This document shows, piece after piece, positions 12,631-21,822 of a stretch of DNA of 64,000 bases. Position numbers and translations under genes: made by a program. This DNA is from an uncultured delta proteobacterium (lineage in GTDB: Bacteria; Myxococcota; Myxococcia; Myxococcales; Anaeromyxobacteraceae). The stretch spans positions 49,768 to 113,767 of the forward strand of contig CAWJSR010000039.1 in NCBI GenBank assembly GCA_963845515.1. The letters run 5' to 3'. How positions within the stretch are numbered: position 1 is the stretch's first letter; each line of letters begins with the position of its first letter. The notes under the pieces are model-generated. The model worked only from the letters and a program-made list of their open reading frames with translations. It was not told the DNA's origin and ran no database searches.

Positions 12631-12783
12631 TGTCGTTCCTGAAGCTTTCGTGCGTGCGCAAGCGAAGCCGCCCCTTGGCGGCGTCGCGACCTGACCGAGC
12701 TGTCAAAGACCTGGGCGGGTTTCGTTGAACCTTGCCAACCCGAGGCTGGCCGCCCTGTCCGACTCGATCCTCCTAGAAAACCA

Positions 12784-13254
12784 TTACCACCGGTAGTGGG
12801 CGAAGGCCTTGTTGGCCTCGGCCATCTTGTGCGTGTCTTCGCGCTTCTTGACCGCGTTCCCGCGGTTGTTGGCGGCGTCGATGATCTCGCCGGCCAGCTT
12901 CTCCTGCATCGTCTTCTCGCCGCGGCCCTTCGAGTAGTCGATGAGCCAGCGCATTGCAAGCGCCGCGCGCCGATCCTGGCGGACCTCGACCGGAACCTGG
13001 TAGGTCGCGCCGCCGACCCGGCGGCTCTTCACCTCGACCACCGGCTTCACGTTGTCGAGCGCCTTCTTGAAGATCTTGAGCGGATCGTCCTTGAGCTTCT
13101 GCTCGACCTGGTCGAAGGCGCCATAGATGATCTTCTCACCCGTGGCCTTCTTGCCCTGCCGCATCAGGTTGTTGACGAACTTCGCCACAATCCGATCCTG
13201 GAACTTGGGATCGGGGAGGATCTTCCGCTTCTCGACTTCGCGACGACGAGGCAT
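12784..13254 (-). CDS. rpsG: 30S ribosomal protein S7
   Basis: [29 protein letters not shown]. Confidence 0.99.
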   Translation of the reverse strand: MPRRREVEKRKILPDPKFQDRIVAKFVNNLMRQGKKATGEKIIYGAFDQVEQKLKDDPLKIFKKALDNVKPVVEVKSRRVGGATYQVPVEVRQDRRAALAMRWLIDYSKGRGEKTMQEKLAGEIIDAANNRGNAVKKREDTHKMAEANKAFAHYRW

Positions 13255-13271
13255 CTAAACCTATCCTTGGA

Positions 13272-13643
13272 CTAGCTCGGGCGCTTGGCGCCGTACTTGG
13301 AGCGGCTCTGCTTGCGGCCCTGGACGCCGACTGCGTCGAGCGTTCCGCGAACGATGTGGTAGCGAACGCCCGGGAGGTCCTTGACGCGGCCTCCGCGGAT
13401 GAGGACCACCGAGTGCTCCTGGAGATTGTGGCCGACGCCCGGGATGTAGCTCGTCACCTCGAACCCGTTGGTGAGGCGAACGCGGGCGACCTTGCGGAGC
13501 GCGGAGTTCGGCTTCTTCGGCGTCGTCGTGTAGACGCGGGTGCAGACTCCGCGCTTCTGCGGCGACTCCACGAGCGCGGGCGCCTTGTTCTTCCGCTTGA
13601 TCTTCTCGCGCCCCTTGCGCACGAGCTGGCTGATCGTCGGCAT
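13272..13643 (-). CDS. rpsL: 30S ribosomal protein S12
   Basis: [28 protein letters not shown]. Confidence 0.99.
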   Translation of the reverse strand: MPTISQLVRKGREKIKRKNKAPALVESPQKRGVCTRVYTTTPKKPNSALRKVARVRLTNGFEVTSYIPGVGHNLQEHSVVLIRGGRVKDLPGVRYHIVRGTLDAVGVQGRKQSRSKYGAKRPS

Positions 13644-13663
13644 CGGTCTGAAGTTCTTTCGTC

Positions 13664-13694
13664 AACAAAAACGCCCCGTTGTTCCTTTGGGGCG
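13664..13694 (-). terminator. Terminator-like hairpin with U-tract in the rpsL 5' leader
   Basis: Minus strand CGCCCC-aaaggaacaac-GGGGCG followed by TTTTTGTT, about 20 nt before the rpsL ATG. Confidence 0.45.
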
Positions 13695-13724
13695 CGGGCT
13701 ACAAACCCGTCGTGAGGGGCGCGG

Positions 13725-13752
13725 ATTATACGAACGGCCCCTTTCGCGTCAA
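13725..13752 (-). promoter_or_regulatory. sigma70 promoter of the str/S10/spc cluster
   Basis: TTGACG-N16-TATAAT followed by GC-rich discriminator CCGCGCC. Confidence 0.85.
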
Positions 13753-13970
13753 GCACTTTCGCGAAACCGCTTGATCTTTTCCCCGTTGGCACTCTCCGGG
13801 GCGGCCGCCTCTGGCATCCAGCAACCACACCCGAGCCGGTCGAGGGGGCGCAACCTACCCCTTTTCGTTCCCCGTGCCAACCCCCCCACTCCGATATCAA
13901 CTCTTTGCGTAGAAACAAGGCCCGGCGCGCAGGAGCGCGCCAGGCCTCGGAGATGCGGCGCGAAAGGGAG

Positions 13971-14576
13971 CTATTGCAGCCGCTTCTCGACCACCTCCCA
14001 GCTCACGTTCTTGAGGAACGCGTCCAGGTACTTGGCGCGCTCGGTCGCGAGGTAGTCGCGCATGAAGGCGTGCTCCCAGCCGTCCATCACGAGGATTGGC
14101 CTGTACCCGGCGGGGACGTTGTTCTCGTGGAGCATCACGAAGTGATTGGAGAGCCAGCCCGTGGACGGGTCCTGGAAAGTGAACGCCCACCCGATCCCGG
14201 GCATGGTCGCCACCCCCCGGAAGTCGGAGAGCCAGGTCTCGTACTTGCCGAAGGAGGTCTCGATGGCCTTCCGGAGCTTCGAGCCGGCGGGGGGCTCAGC
14301 CTGTGCGCCGGCAGCCATATTCTCGAAGTAATACTCGTGGTTCACCATTCCGCCGAACTCGAAGCCCAGGCGGCGGGTCAGCTCGGCGTAGACCGGGTCG
14401 GCCCCGGAGGCCTTCCCCTCCGCGCAGATCGCCTGAAGCTTTTCGGTGAGTGTGTTGGCGCGCTTGACGTAGCCCTCGTAGAGCTTCAGGTGCTCCTCGA
14501 TCTGCTTGTCGGAGATGCCCGTGAGCCCGCGCACTTTCGAGAAGTCCTTCGGGGCGTAACGCTTCACGTCGGCCAT
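13971..14576 (-). CDS. Fe/Mn superoxide dismutase family protein
   Basis: Metal ligand motifs EEH..LYEGYV, NHEYYFEN, DGWEHAF..DY. Confidence 0.88.
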   Translation of the reverse strand: MADVKRYAPKDFSKVRGLTGISDKQIEEHLKLYEGYVKRANTLTEKLQAICAEGKASGADPVYAELTRRLGFEFGGMVNHEYYFENMAAGAQAEPPAGSKLRKAIETSFGKYETWLSDFRGVATMPGIGWAFTFQDPSTGWLSNHFVMLHENNVPAGYRPILVMDGWEHAFMRDYLATERAKYLDAFLKNVSWEVVEKRLQ

Positions 14577-14712
14577 TTGGATGCTCCTTCCCCAGTTGAG
14601 GTCGTAAAGACGGATTCACCAAGATGTGCGTACTTCCCACCCCCAAAGCACGCCCCTGAGGGGTTCCTCCCCGACGGGGCTGCGGACGCTTCGGTGCTAT
14701 AAGGGGCGCCGC

Positions 14713-15753
14713 ATGGCAGCAGCTCGCAGCCTCGTCCCCGCCCGGGTCGGCCGGGTGTTCCTCTGGATCCTCGCCGGCGCCGGACTGCTCCTCCTCGTCG
14801 TCGGCGGGCTCTGGATCACCCTACCCGACCCGGCGCCGCTCGCGCGCGAGAACCCGAAGACGACCGCGCTCATCGAGCAGCGGAAGACCGAGGCGAAGCA
14901 GAAGAGGCGCACGCTTCGCGTCCAGCAGAGCTGGGCGCCGCTCGACCGCGTCTCGCGCCGCATGGTCGAGGCGGTCCTGATGTCGGAGGACGCGCGCTTC
15001 TTCGGTCACGACGGGTTCGACTGGGGCGCCATCCGCGACGCGGCGAGGCACGACCTCGCCCGCGGAAGCTTCGCGCGCGGCGCCTCGACCCTGACGCAGC
15101 AGCTGGCCAAGAACCTCTGGTTCGGGACCGAGAAGAGCCTCTGGAGGAAGCTGAAGGAGGCGGTCCTCGCCTCGAAGATGGAGCACACGCTCCCGAAGCG
15201 CCGGATCCTCGCGCTCTACCTGGGGGTCGCCGAGTGGGGCGAAGGGGTCTTCGGCGTCGAGGCCGGCGCGCGGAGCCGCTTCGGCGTCTCGGCCTCGCAG
15301 CTGACCACGGCCCAGGCGGTCGTCATGGCGTCCATGCTCCCCGCGCCCAGGAGGATCGACCTGGCGCACCCCTCGAAGTGGCTCGTCGGGCGCTCGCATC
15401 GGCTGCTCGACCGGATGCGCGACGAGGGCTCGATCGGGAACGAGGAACACCTGCGGGCCAGCGCGGAGCTGGAGCGGATCCTCGCCGGCAATGCGCCGGC
15501 GGACGACGCGGGAGGCGACGAGCCGCCGGAGGAGGAGCCGGAGGAGGCGCCGGTCGCGAAGCCGGAGGCTGTCGCGGAGGTGCCCTCCATCGGGACCGCG
15601 GCGCCCCCCGCTCCGCCCGATGGCGCGTCCCCACCGCCCGGTGGGGCAGACGCGAAGGATCCCGAGGTTGCTCCCGCAGAGGTCGAGGGAGCGCCCCTTC
15701 CCTCTGCAGCGCCTCCTGGCGCAGCCCCCCTCCCCGGGGGTCTCCCTCGCTGA
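14713..15753 (+). CDS. mtgA: Monofunctional peptidoglycan transglycosylase (GT51) with Pro/Ala/Glu-rich tail
   Basis: N-terminal TM helix; EDARFF.H.G.D, RGASTLTQQLAKNL, RKLKE, RILALYL, EWG.GVFG. Confidence 0.88.
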   Translation: MAAARSLVPARVGRVFLWILAGAGLLLLVVGGLWITLPDPAPLARENPKTTALIEQRKTEAKQKRRTLRVQQSWAPLDRVSRRMVEAVLMSEDARFFGHDGFDWGAIRDAARHDLARGSFARGASTLTQQLAKNLWFGTEKSLWRKLKEAVLASKMEHTLPKRRILALYLGVAEWGEGVFGVEAGARSRFGVSASQLTTAQAVVMASMLPAPRRIDLAHPSKWLVGRSHRLLDRMRDEGSIGNEEHLRASAELERILAGNAPADDAGGDEPPEEEPEEAPVAKPEAVAEVPSIGTAAPPAPPDGASPPPGGADAKDPEVAPAEVEGAPLPSAAPPGAAPLPGGLPR

Positions 15754-16695
15754 TCAGACCTGGCTGCGGAACCAGGTGATCGTCCGCGTCATCCCCTCGT
15801 CCAGCGCCACGCGCGGCTCCCACCCGAGCACCTCGCGAGCGCGAGTGATGTCTGGCTTGCGGAGCTTCGGGTCGTCTTCGGGGAGAGGCCTGTGCTCGAT
15901 CGGCAGGTGCGTGCCCATCAGCCGCTGGACGGCCTGCGCGAACGCCATGATCGTCATCTCGTTCGGGTTCCCGACGTTCACGGGATCGGCGTAGCCGGAG
16001 CCCACCAGCCTCAGGAGCCCATCGACGGTGTCGTCGACGTAGCAGAAGCTCCGCGTCTGCGTGCCGTCGCCGAACATCGAGATCGCCTTGCCAGCGAGCG
16101 CCTGGCCCACGAAGGACGGGACGACCCGGCCATCGTCGAGCCGCATCCGCGGCCCGTAGGTGTTGAAGATCCGCGCGATGCGCGTGTCGACCTGCTTGTA
16201 GCGGCGGTAGGCCATGGTGATGGCCTCGGCGAACCGCTTCGCCTCGTCGTAGACGGCGCGCGGACCGATGGGGTTCACGTTGCCCCAGTAGGACTCGCGC
16301 TGCGGGTGCTCGAGCGGATCGCCGTACACCTCGGAGGTGGAGGAGAGGAGGAACGTCGCGCCGCTCCGCTCCGCCAGCTTCAGCGCGTTCTCGACCCCTA
16401 TCGAGCCGACGCGGAGCGTCTCGAACGGATGACGGAGGTAGTCGATGGGCGAGGCCGGCGACGCCAGATCGAGCACGGCGGCGATCGGGCCGTCGATCGC
16501 GTCGAGCGGCTCGCAGATGTCCCGCTCCAGGAACTCGAAGCGCTGCTCCGACTCCAGGTGCGCCAGGTTGCGCCGCGTCCCCGTCACCAGGTTGTCGACG
16601 CCGAGGACCGACCACCCGTCCGCCAGCAGCCTGTCCACGATGTGCGAGCCGATGAATCCGGCCGCCCCGAGGACGACCGCGCGCTTCATTGACAT
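15754..16695 (-). CDS. NAD-dependent epimerase/dehydratase, UDP-glucuronate decarboxylase family
   Basis: [53 protein letters not shown]. Confidence 0.93.
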   Translation of the reverse strand: MSMKRAVVLGAAGFIGSHIVDRLLADGWSVLGVDNLVTGTRRNLAHLESEQRFEFLERDICEPLDAIDGPIAAVLDLASPASPIDYLRHPFETLRVGSIGVENALKLAERSGATFLLSSTSEVYGDPLEHPQRESYWGNVNPIGPRAVYDEAKRFAEAITMAYRRYKQVDTRIARIFNTYGPRMRLDDGRVVPSFVGQALAGKAISMFGDGTQTRSFCYVDDTVDGLLRLVGSGYADPVNVGNPNEMTIMAFAQAVQRLMGTHLPIEHRPLPEDDPKLRKPDITRAREVLGWEPRVALDEGMTRTITWFRSQV

Positions 16696-16702
16696 GCGAG
16701 TC

Positions 16703-16903
16703 TCACTCCCGGTTGCGGCGGGAGGCCGCGTCGTCGAGGGTCAGCTGACCAGGGAGCGTCTCCCGGTACTTCTCCAGCACCAGGTCGATCCCCTGCCGGA
16801 TGTACTCCGCCACCGGAACCTTGGTGCGATCGTGGAGCACCTTGAGACGTTCGTTCTGCTCCGGCGTGATGTAGACCGTGGTGGAGATCTTCTTGCGGGG
16901 CAT
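16703..16903 (-). CDS. Ribbon-helix-helix domain DNA-binding protein
   Basis: 66 aa; beta strand STTVYIT then helices [10 protein letters not shown]...[15 protein letters not shown]. Confidence 0.8.
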   Translation of the reverse strand: MPRKKISTTVYITPEQNERLKVLHDRTKVPVAEYIRQGIDLVLEKYRETLPGQLTLDDAASRRNRE

Positions 16904-16915
16904 GGTCTCGGCGCG

Positions 16916-16944
16916 AAGCTACGTGACCATGGATGACCTGTCAA
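16916..16944 (-). promoter_or_regulatory. sigma70 promoter for the RHH and epimerase genes
   Basis: TTGACA-N17-TAGCTT, 12 nt upstream of the RHH ATG. Confidence 0.7.
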
Positions 16945-16968
16945 ACGAGCGCAGGTACCCTGCCGTCC

Positions 16969-16997
16969 TTGAGGCGGAGGGGAGCGGCGGTTAGAAT
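16969..16997 (+). promoter_or_regulatory. sigma70 promoter for the lipoprotein gene
   Basis: TTGAGG-N17-TAGAAT; GAGGA SD then ATG at 17026. Confidence 0.6.
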
Positions 16998-17025
16998 TCC
17001 CCTCCCTCCACGAGGACATAGCCAT

Positions 17026-17655
17026 ATGCGCCGACTCCTTCCCCTCGCCGTCCTCATCGCCGCCGCGTGCGCCCACAAGGCGCCGCGGGAAGAGAAGCCG
17101 CAGGCGCTGGCCGGCCAGCCTTCAGCCGCCGAGGCGTCCGAGTTCCAGCCTGGGCCGGGGGAGAAGCTCGCCGAGATCGACGTGAACCGCGACGGCAAGC
17201 CCGACGTCTGGAAGGTCTTCAAGGACGACGCCGGCAAGGAGGTCGCCGTCCGCAAGTTCATGGACCTGAACGGCGACGGCCGCATCGACGCGCGCGAGTT
17301 CTACACGGCGCAGGGCACGCTCGATAAGGTCATCTACGACATGGACTTCGACGGCCAGCCCGACGTCGTCCGCTTCTACGAGAAGGACCAGCTGGTGCGG
17401 AAGGAGTACGCCCTCGGCTTCGACGGCGTCTCCCGCACCTACAGCTACTACGAGAAGGGCAAGCTCATCCGCAAGGAGCGCGACACCAACAGCGACGGCA
17501 ACGTCGACTACTGGGAGTACTGGGAGGCCGGCGCGCTCGACCGGATCGGCTACGACGACGACGCCGACGGCCAGGTCGACCGGTGGGAGTCGAAGAAGGT
17601 CGCAGCGGCCCCAGAGGAAGGCGCCGCCCCCGCAGCCGATCCGCTCAAGCAGTAG
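17026..17655 (+). CDS. Putative lipoprotein with repeated DxNxDGxxD (Ca-binding loop-like) motifs
   Basis: Signal peptide with lipobox-like IAAAC; repeats DVNRDGKPD, DLNGDGRID, DMDFDGQPD, DTNSDGNVD, DDDADGQVD. Confidence 0.8.
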   Translation: MRRLLPLAVLIAAACAHKAPREEKPQALAGQPSAAEASEFQPGPGEKLAEIDVNRDGKPDVWKVFKDDAGKEVAVRKFMDLNGDGRIDAREFYTAQGTLDKVIYDMDFDGQPDVVRFYEKDQLVRKEYALGFDGVSRTYSYYEKGKLIRKERDTNSDGNVDYWEYWEAGALDRIGYDDDADGQVDRWESKKVAAAPEEGAAPAADPLKQ

Positions 17656-17675
17656 GAGCAGCGACGCGCTGCTGA

Positions 17676-17710
17676 GGGAGAGGCCCGCCCGCGCGGGCCT
17701 CTCCCATTTT
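17676..17710 (+). terminator. Intrinsic terminator
   Basis: GGGAGAGGCCCGC / GCGGGCCTCTCCC stem followed by ATTTT, just after the lipoprotein stop. Confidence 0.8.
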
Positions 17711-17829
17711 CTGGCAGGGACCGCCCCGTCCGCCCGGTGCACGTACGGCCGCCGCGCGGACGGTGAGCGCCCAGAAACCGGCGATCTTACTGGGAGCGCC
17801 CCGGCACGCGCGTCGCAACCGCGTCGTGC

Positions 17830-18618
17830 ATGCCCAGCGGTCCCCTCCTCCGGCTCCTCCTGCTCTCGTCCCTCGTGGCCAGCACCTCAGCCTGCTTCGT
17901 CAGCCGCCGGGTGCACCCGCGCGCGGCCGAGGAGCTTCGGCGCGGCTACGGGTACGTGGCCGGGGGGGACCTGGAGCGCGCGGAGGTGGCCTTCGCCCAC
18001 GCGCTGGAGTTCGACCCCGATCTCGTGGAGGGGGAGAACGGCCTCGGCGTCGTGGCGAGGAGCCGCGGGGACCTCACGGGGGCGCTCCGCCGCTTCGACG
18101 TGGCGCTGGCGTCCGACGATGCCTTCGCCGAGGGGCACGCGAACCGCGGAGAGGTGCTGCTCGCGTCCGGCCGGCTGGGAGACGCCGAGCGCGCCCTGCG
18201 CTCCGCCCTCGCCCTCAACCCGGACCTCATCGAGGCGCGACACAACCTGGCGCGGGCGCTCCTCCGGCGCGGCCTGGCCGAGCCCGGTCGGCGCGAGGTC
18301 CACTGGGCGCGCGCGAGAGATGCCTACCTGCACGTCCTGGAGACCGACGAACGCCGTGCGTCGGCCCACGCCGACCTGGCCCTGCTCGACTACCTCTCGT
18401 CGCGCCCAGAGCGCGCGGAGGCCGGCTGGGGCCGCGCGGCGGAGCTCTCCCCAGCCGATCCGGACGCCGCCCACGGGCTCTGCGTGGCTCGCGCCGCCCT
18501 GGGGCGCTGCCGCGAGGCGGTCCCCGAGTGCGAGCGGTGCCTCCGGCTCGCGCCAGGGAGCGCCTTGTGCGAGCAGAGCCTGGGGGCGGCGCTGGCGTGC
18601 GCCGCGCCCACGAAATGA
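17830..18618 (+). CDS. Tetratricopeptide repeat protein, probable lipoprotein
   Basis: Hydrophobic N-terminus ending STSAC; TPR patterns (ALEFDPD...NGLG, ALALNPD..EARHNLA). Confidence 0.8.
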   Translation: MPSGPLLRLLLLSSLVASTSACFVSRRVHPRAAEELRRGYGYVAGGDLERAEVAFAHALEFDPDLVEGENGLGVVARSRGDLTGALRRFDVALASDDAFAEGHANRGEVLLASGRLGDAERALRSALALNPDLIEARHNLARALLRRGLAEPGRREVHWARARDAYLHVLETDERRASAHADLALLDYLSSRPERAEAGWGRAAELSPADPDAAHGLCVARAALGRCREAVPECERCLRLAPGSALCEQSLGAALACAAPTK

Positions 18619-18619
18619 A

Positions 18620-18653
18620 AGCGGCGCCGGATCCCGAAGGAGCCGGCGCCGCT
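18620..18653. terminator. Hairpin between convergent genes (probable terminator)
   Basis: AGCGGCGCCGG ... CCGGCGCCGCT inverted repeat. Confidence 0.6.
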
Positions 18654-18672
18654 AGACCGCCCTGACGGGCTG

Positions 18673-19233
18673 CTACGCCTTCTTGGCGAGCAGCTCCTGG
18701 CCGTGCTTGAAGCCCTTGTCGAACGCCTTCATGTTGAGGTCGATCGTGTTGGGCGGCACGGAGTCGGCGACCGCCTCGCGGGCGGCCTTCTCGCTGACGA
18801 TGCCGGTGATGGCGGTGAAGAAGCCCACCATCACGATGTTGAGCACCATCTTGCGGCCCAGCTCCTCGGCGTACCGGGTCGCGGGGACGCCGTAGACCTT
18901 AACGGTCGACGGCAGATCGTGGACCTTCACCAGATCCTCCTCGATGAGGAGGATCCCGTCCGGCCGGAGCTCCGGCGCGAACTTGTTGAAGGCGTCCTGC
19001 GACATCGCCACCATCATGTGGGGATTGTGGACGTACGGGTAGAGGATGGGCGTGCTGTCCACCACCACCTGCGCGCTGCAGGCCGACCCGCGCGCCTCGG
19101 GGCCGAACGCCTGCGTGAGGCAGGAGAACTTGCTGTCGAAGAGCGCCGCAGCCTTGCCGACGATGATGCCGCCGAGGATGACGCCCTGCCCGCCCATTCC
19201 GCCGAACTTGATCTCAGTAGGACCCATTTTCAT
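18673..19233 (-). CDS. 2-oxoacid:ferredoxin oxidoreductase gamma subunit
   Basis: GMGGQGVIL.G, QAFGPEARG.ACSA, NIVMVG, N.KAF..G. Confidence 0.92.
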   Translation of the reverse strand: MKMGPTEIKFGGMGGQGVILGGIIVGKAAALFDSKFSCLTQAFGPEARGSACSAQVVVDSTPILYPYVHNPHMMVAMSQDAFNKFAPELRPDGILLIEEDLVKVHDLPSTVKVYGVPATRYAEELGRKMVLNIVMVGFFTAITGIVSEKAAREAVADSVPPNTIDLNMKAFDKGFKHGQELLAKKA

Positions 19234-19239
19234 GTCTCC

Positions 19240-20106
19240 TTACGCCTGGCCCGGGATCTTGTAGGGCACGTACTTGGCGCCGAGCACCTCGCGGTGGCGG
19301 GCCTCCATGGCGTCCTGGAGCGGCACGCGCTCGCGATCGACGAACTTCCCGACCGTGATCTCCTTGCGGTAGTCGAGGAAGACGTCGTTCGTGGAGGCGC
19401 CGTTCTTGATGACGCTCTTCTCCTTGTAGAACTTCATCTCGTCGAGCCCCTCACCCAGCTTGTTGCGGCGCAGGTAGAGGGTCGGGCACGGGGCGAGGAC
19501 CTCGATGAAGCGGAAGCCCTTCTTGTTCAGCGCCTCGTTCATCGACTTCGCGAGCTGGCGAACGTGGAAGGCCGTCCAGCGGGCGACGAAGGTCGCGCCG
19601 CAGGCGTCGACGATCCGCGGGAGGTTGAACGTCTCCTCGTACGCGCCGTACGGCGTGGTCGAGGCGATGGCGGTCTTGAACGTCGTCGGCGTCACCTGGC
19701 CGCCAGTCATGCCGTACGTGAAGTTGTTCACGCACACCACGAGGAGGTCGGCGTTGCGGCGCGCGGCGTGGAAGAGGTGGTTGCCGCCGATGGCGGTGAG
19801 GTCACCGTCGCCGGAGTAGACCACCACCTTCATGTCCGGCCGCGACAGCGCGAGGCCGGTCGCGAACGGGATCGCACGACCGTGGGTCGTGTGGAACGAG
19901 TCCACGTTCAGGTAGCCGGAGACGCGGCCGGTGCAGCCGATGCCGGAGACCACGGTGACCTTGTCGAGGTCGAACTCGGACTCGTCGAGGGCGCGGGCGA
20001 AGCAGTTGACCGTCGTGCCGATGCCACAGCCCGGGCACCAGATCGACGGCATGCGGTCCAGCCGCAGGTACTTGTTGACGGGGTTTTCCTTGACGGGGGG
20101 GCTCAT
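19240..20106 (-). CDS. 2-oxoacid:ferredoxin oxidoreductase beta subunit (TPP-binding)
   Basis: WCPGCG, SGIGC, HTTHGRAIP, GDGD..AIGGNH, NN..YGMTGGQ; ATG 20106 overlaps the alpha stop. Confidence 0.93.
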   Translation of the reverse strand: MSPPVKENPVNKYLRLDRMPSIWCPGCGIGTTVNCFARALDESEFDLDKVTVVSGIGCTGRVSGYLNVDSFHTTHGRAIPFATGLALSRPDMKVVVYSGDGDLTAIGGNHLFHAARRNADLLVVCVNNFTYGMTGGQVTPTTFKTAIASTTPYGAYEETFNLPRIVDACGATFVARWTAFHVRQLAKSMNEALNKKGFRFIEVLAPCPTLYLRRNKLGEGLDEMKFYKEKSVIKNGASTNDVFLDYRKEITVGKFVDRERVPLQDAMEARHREVLGAKYVPYKIPGQA

Positions 20107-21270
20107 CGAGAGGCCTCCATGATCTTGTTGAAGATTGCCTCGGGCTCGTGAACCGTCCCGCCGACGTGCGGCACCGGGACGACCTTGGTGCGGCCCGCGT
20201 TGAGACGCTCCACCTCGAGCACCATCTGGCCCAGGTTGAGCTCGGGGAAGACGATGGCCTTCACCTTCTTGGAGAGCTCGATGATCTGCTTCTCGGGGAA
20301 GGGCCAGGCCGTGATGATCCGGAAGTGCCCGACCTTCACGCCCTTGTCCTTCGCCATCTGGATGGCGCGCTCGGCGACGCGGGAGGTGATGCCGTAGCTG
20401 ACGACGACGACGTCGGCGCCGTCGAGGTCCTTCTCCTCCCACTTGACGATCTTGTCGACGTTCTTGAGCAGCTTGTCGAACAGGCGCGTCTGCATCTTCT
20501 CGTGCGTCGGCACGTTCATCGCGGGGTAGCCGCGCTCGTCGTGCGTGAGGCCCGTGACGTTGAGCTTGTAGCCGTCGCCGACCTTGGCCATCTCGGGGAC
20601 GAGGCTCCCCTCGGCGGCCTGGTACAGCTTGAACTCGCCCGGCTTCTTCTTGGTCCAGCGCCGCTCCGTGACCTTCATCTTCTCGGGGGGCGGGATGACG
20701 ACCTTCTCCGTCATGTGGCCGACGACCTCGTCGAGCATGACGATGACCGGAACCCGGTACTCCTCGGCGAGGTTGAAGGCGTCGAACGTCAGGTCGAAGC
20801 GACTCCTGCGGGGACGACGGGCAGAGCGCGATGAGCCGGTAGTCGCCGTGCGAGCCGAACCGGGCCTGCATCATGTCGCCCTGCGCGGTGGCGGTCGGCA
20901 GACCGGTCGACGGGCCAGCGCGCTGCACGTTGATGTAGACGCACGGCGTCTCGGTGATGGCCGCGTAGCCGATGTGCTCCTGCATCAGCGAGAAGCCGGG
21001 GCCCGACGTCACGGTGCAGGCCTTGGCGCCGCCCCAGACGGCGCCGAGCAGCGCGATCGACGCGCCGAGCTCGTCCTCGAACTGGAGGAAGCGGCCGCCG
21101 CAGAACGGGAAGCGCTGGGCGAGCCGCTCCACGACCTCGGTGGAAGGAGTGATGGGGTAACCAGACGAGAACCGGCAGCCTGCCGCGATGGCGCCCTCGG
21201 CAGCAGCGTGGTCGCCGTCGAGGTAGTGAGCCCCGGAGAGAATTCCCTGCGAATCAGCGTTTCCGCTCAT
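20103..21270 (-). CDS. 2-oxoacid:ferredoxin oxidoreductase alpha subunit with apparent +1 frameshift near 20801
   Basis: GYPITPSTE, TSGPGFSLM.E, QRAGPSTGLPT in the first frame; continues FDLTFDAFNLAEEYRVPV...GLTHDERG after one base is removed. Confidence 0.88.
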
Positions 21271-21282
21271 TTTGGGTGGCTC

Positions 21283-21534
21283 CTAAGCCGCCTCGCCGGC
21301 CGCCGCTTCGCGGTAGCCGTAGATGGCAAAGTCGGGGCACATCAGGCCGCACATGTCGCAGCCGGTGCACTTCTCCGGCGTCGCCAGGAACGGGGGGTGG
21401 TAGCCCTTGACGTTGTACCCCTTCTCGAGCTCGAGACACTTCGTGGGGCAGAACTCAACGCAAAAGCCGCAGCCCTTGCAGTTTTCGCGGTTGATGACGA
21501 CGACACCGCGAGCCTTCTTCTTCGCTTCCGTCAT
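21283..21534 (-). CDS. 2[4Fe-4S] ferredoxin-like delta subunit of the oxidoreductase
   Basis: CKGCGFC...CP and CTGCDMC...CPDFAI. Confidence 0.92.
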   Translation of the reverse strand: MTEAKKKARGVVVINRENCKGCGFCVEFCPTKCLELEKGYNVKGYHPPFLATPEKCTGCDMCGLMCPDFAIYGYREAAAGEAA

Positions 21535-21622
21535 TAGATTGCTCCTCGGGGGAGCTACCGGCCGGCGGCCGGGCCCGGTTTCAGAGAGGCGCCGTAACTA
21601 CCAAATGGGACTCCAGAATGCA

Positions 21623-21638
21623 ATTGACGACCGTCAAT
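21623..21638. promoter_or_regulatory. FNR/CRP-family-type binding box
   Basis: ATTGAC-GACC-GTCAAT palindrome about 90 bp upstream of the delta gene. Confidence 0.65.
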
Positions 21639-21765
21639 ATGCAGCAGAAAACATCAACAAATTTAGTTACTCCATCAGGTCCACTTTGGACGACGCAGAG
21701 TAATGGATAATTTGAGTCCAGATTCGACCCAGGGTGACTGGCGATCCGGGGGCTGGCGGAAGCGC

Positions 21766-21801
21766 AGAGGGCCGGCCCCGCTCGCGCGAGACCGGCCCTC
21801 T
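21766..21801 (-). terminator. Hairpin downstream of the two-subunit OFOR beta gene
   Basis: AGAGGGCCGG ... CCGGCCCTCT inverted repeat; no clear U-tract. Confidence 0.55.
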
Positions 21802-21822
21802 TAGCGCAACACTTCCGAACGG

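Noticed and set aside
13780..13885. TGGCAC/TGGCAT motifs suggesting sigma54 promoters
   Set aside because: No TTGC at the required -12 spacing on either strand
19240..21270. Apparent 676-aa alpha-beta OFOR fusion
   Set aside because: Artifact of the frameshift near 20801; the middle section is off-frame and beta has its own coupled ATG at 20106
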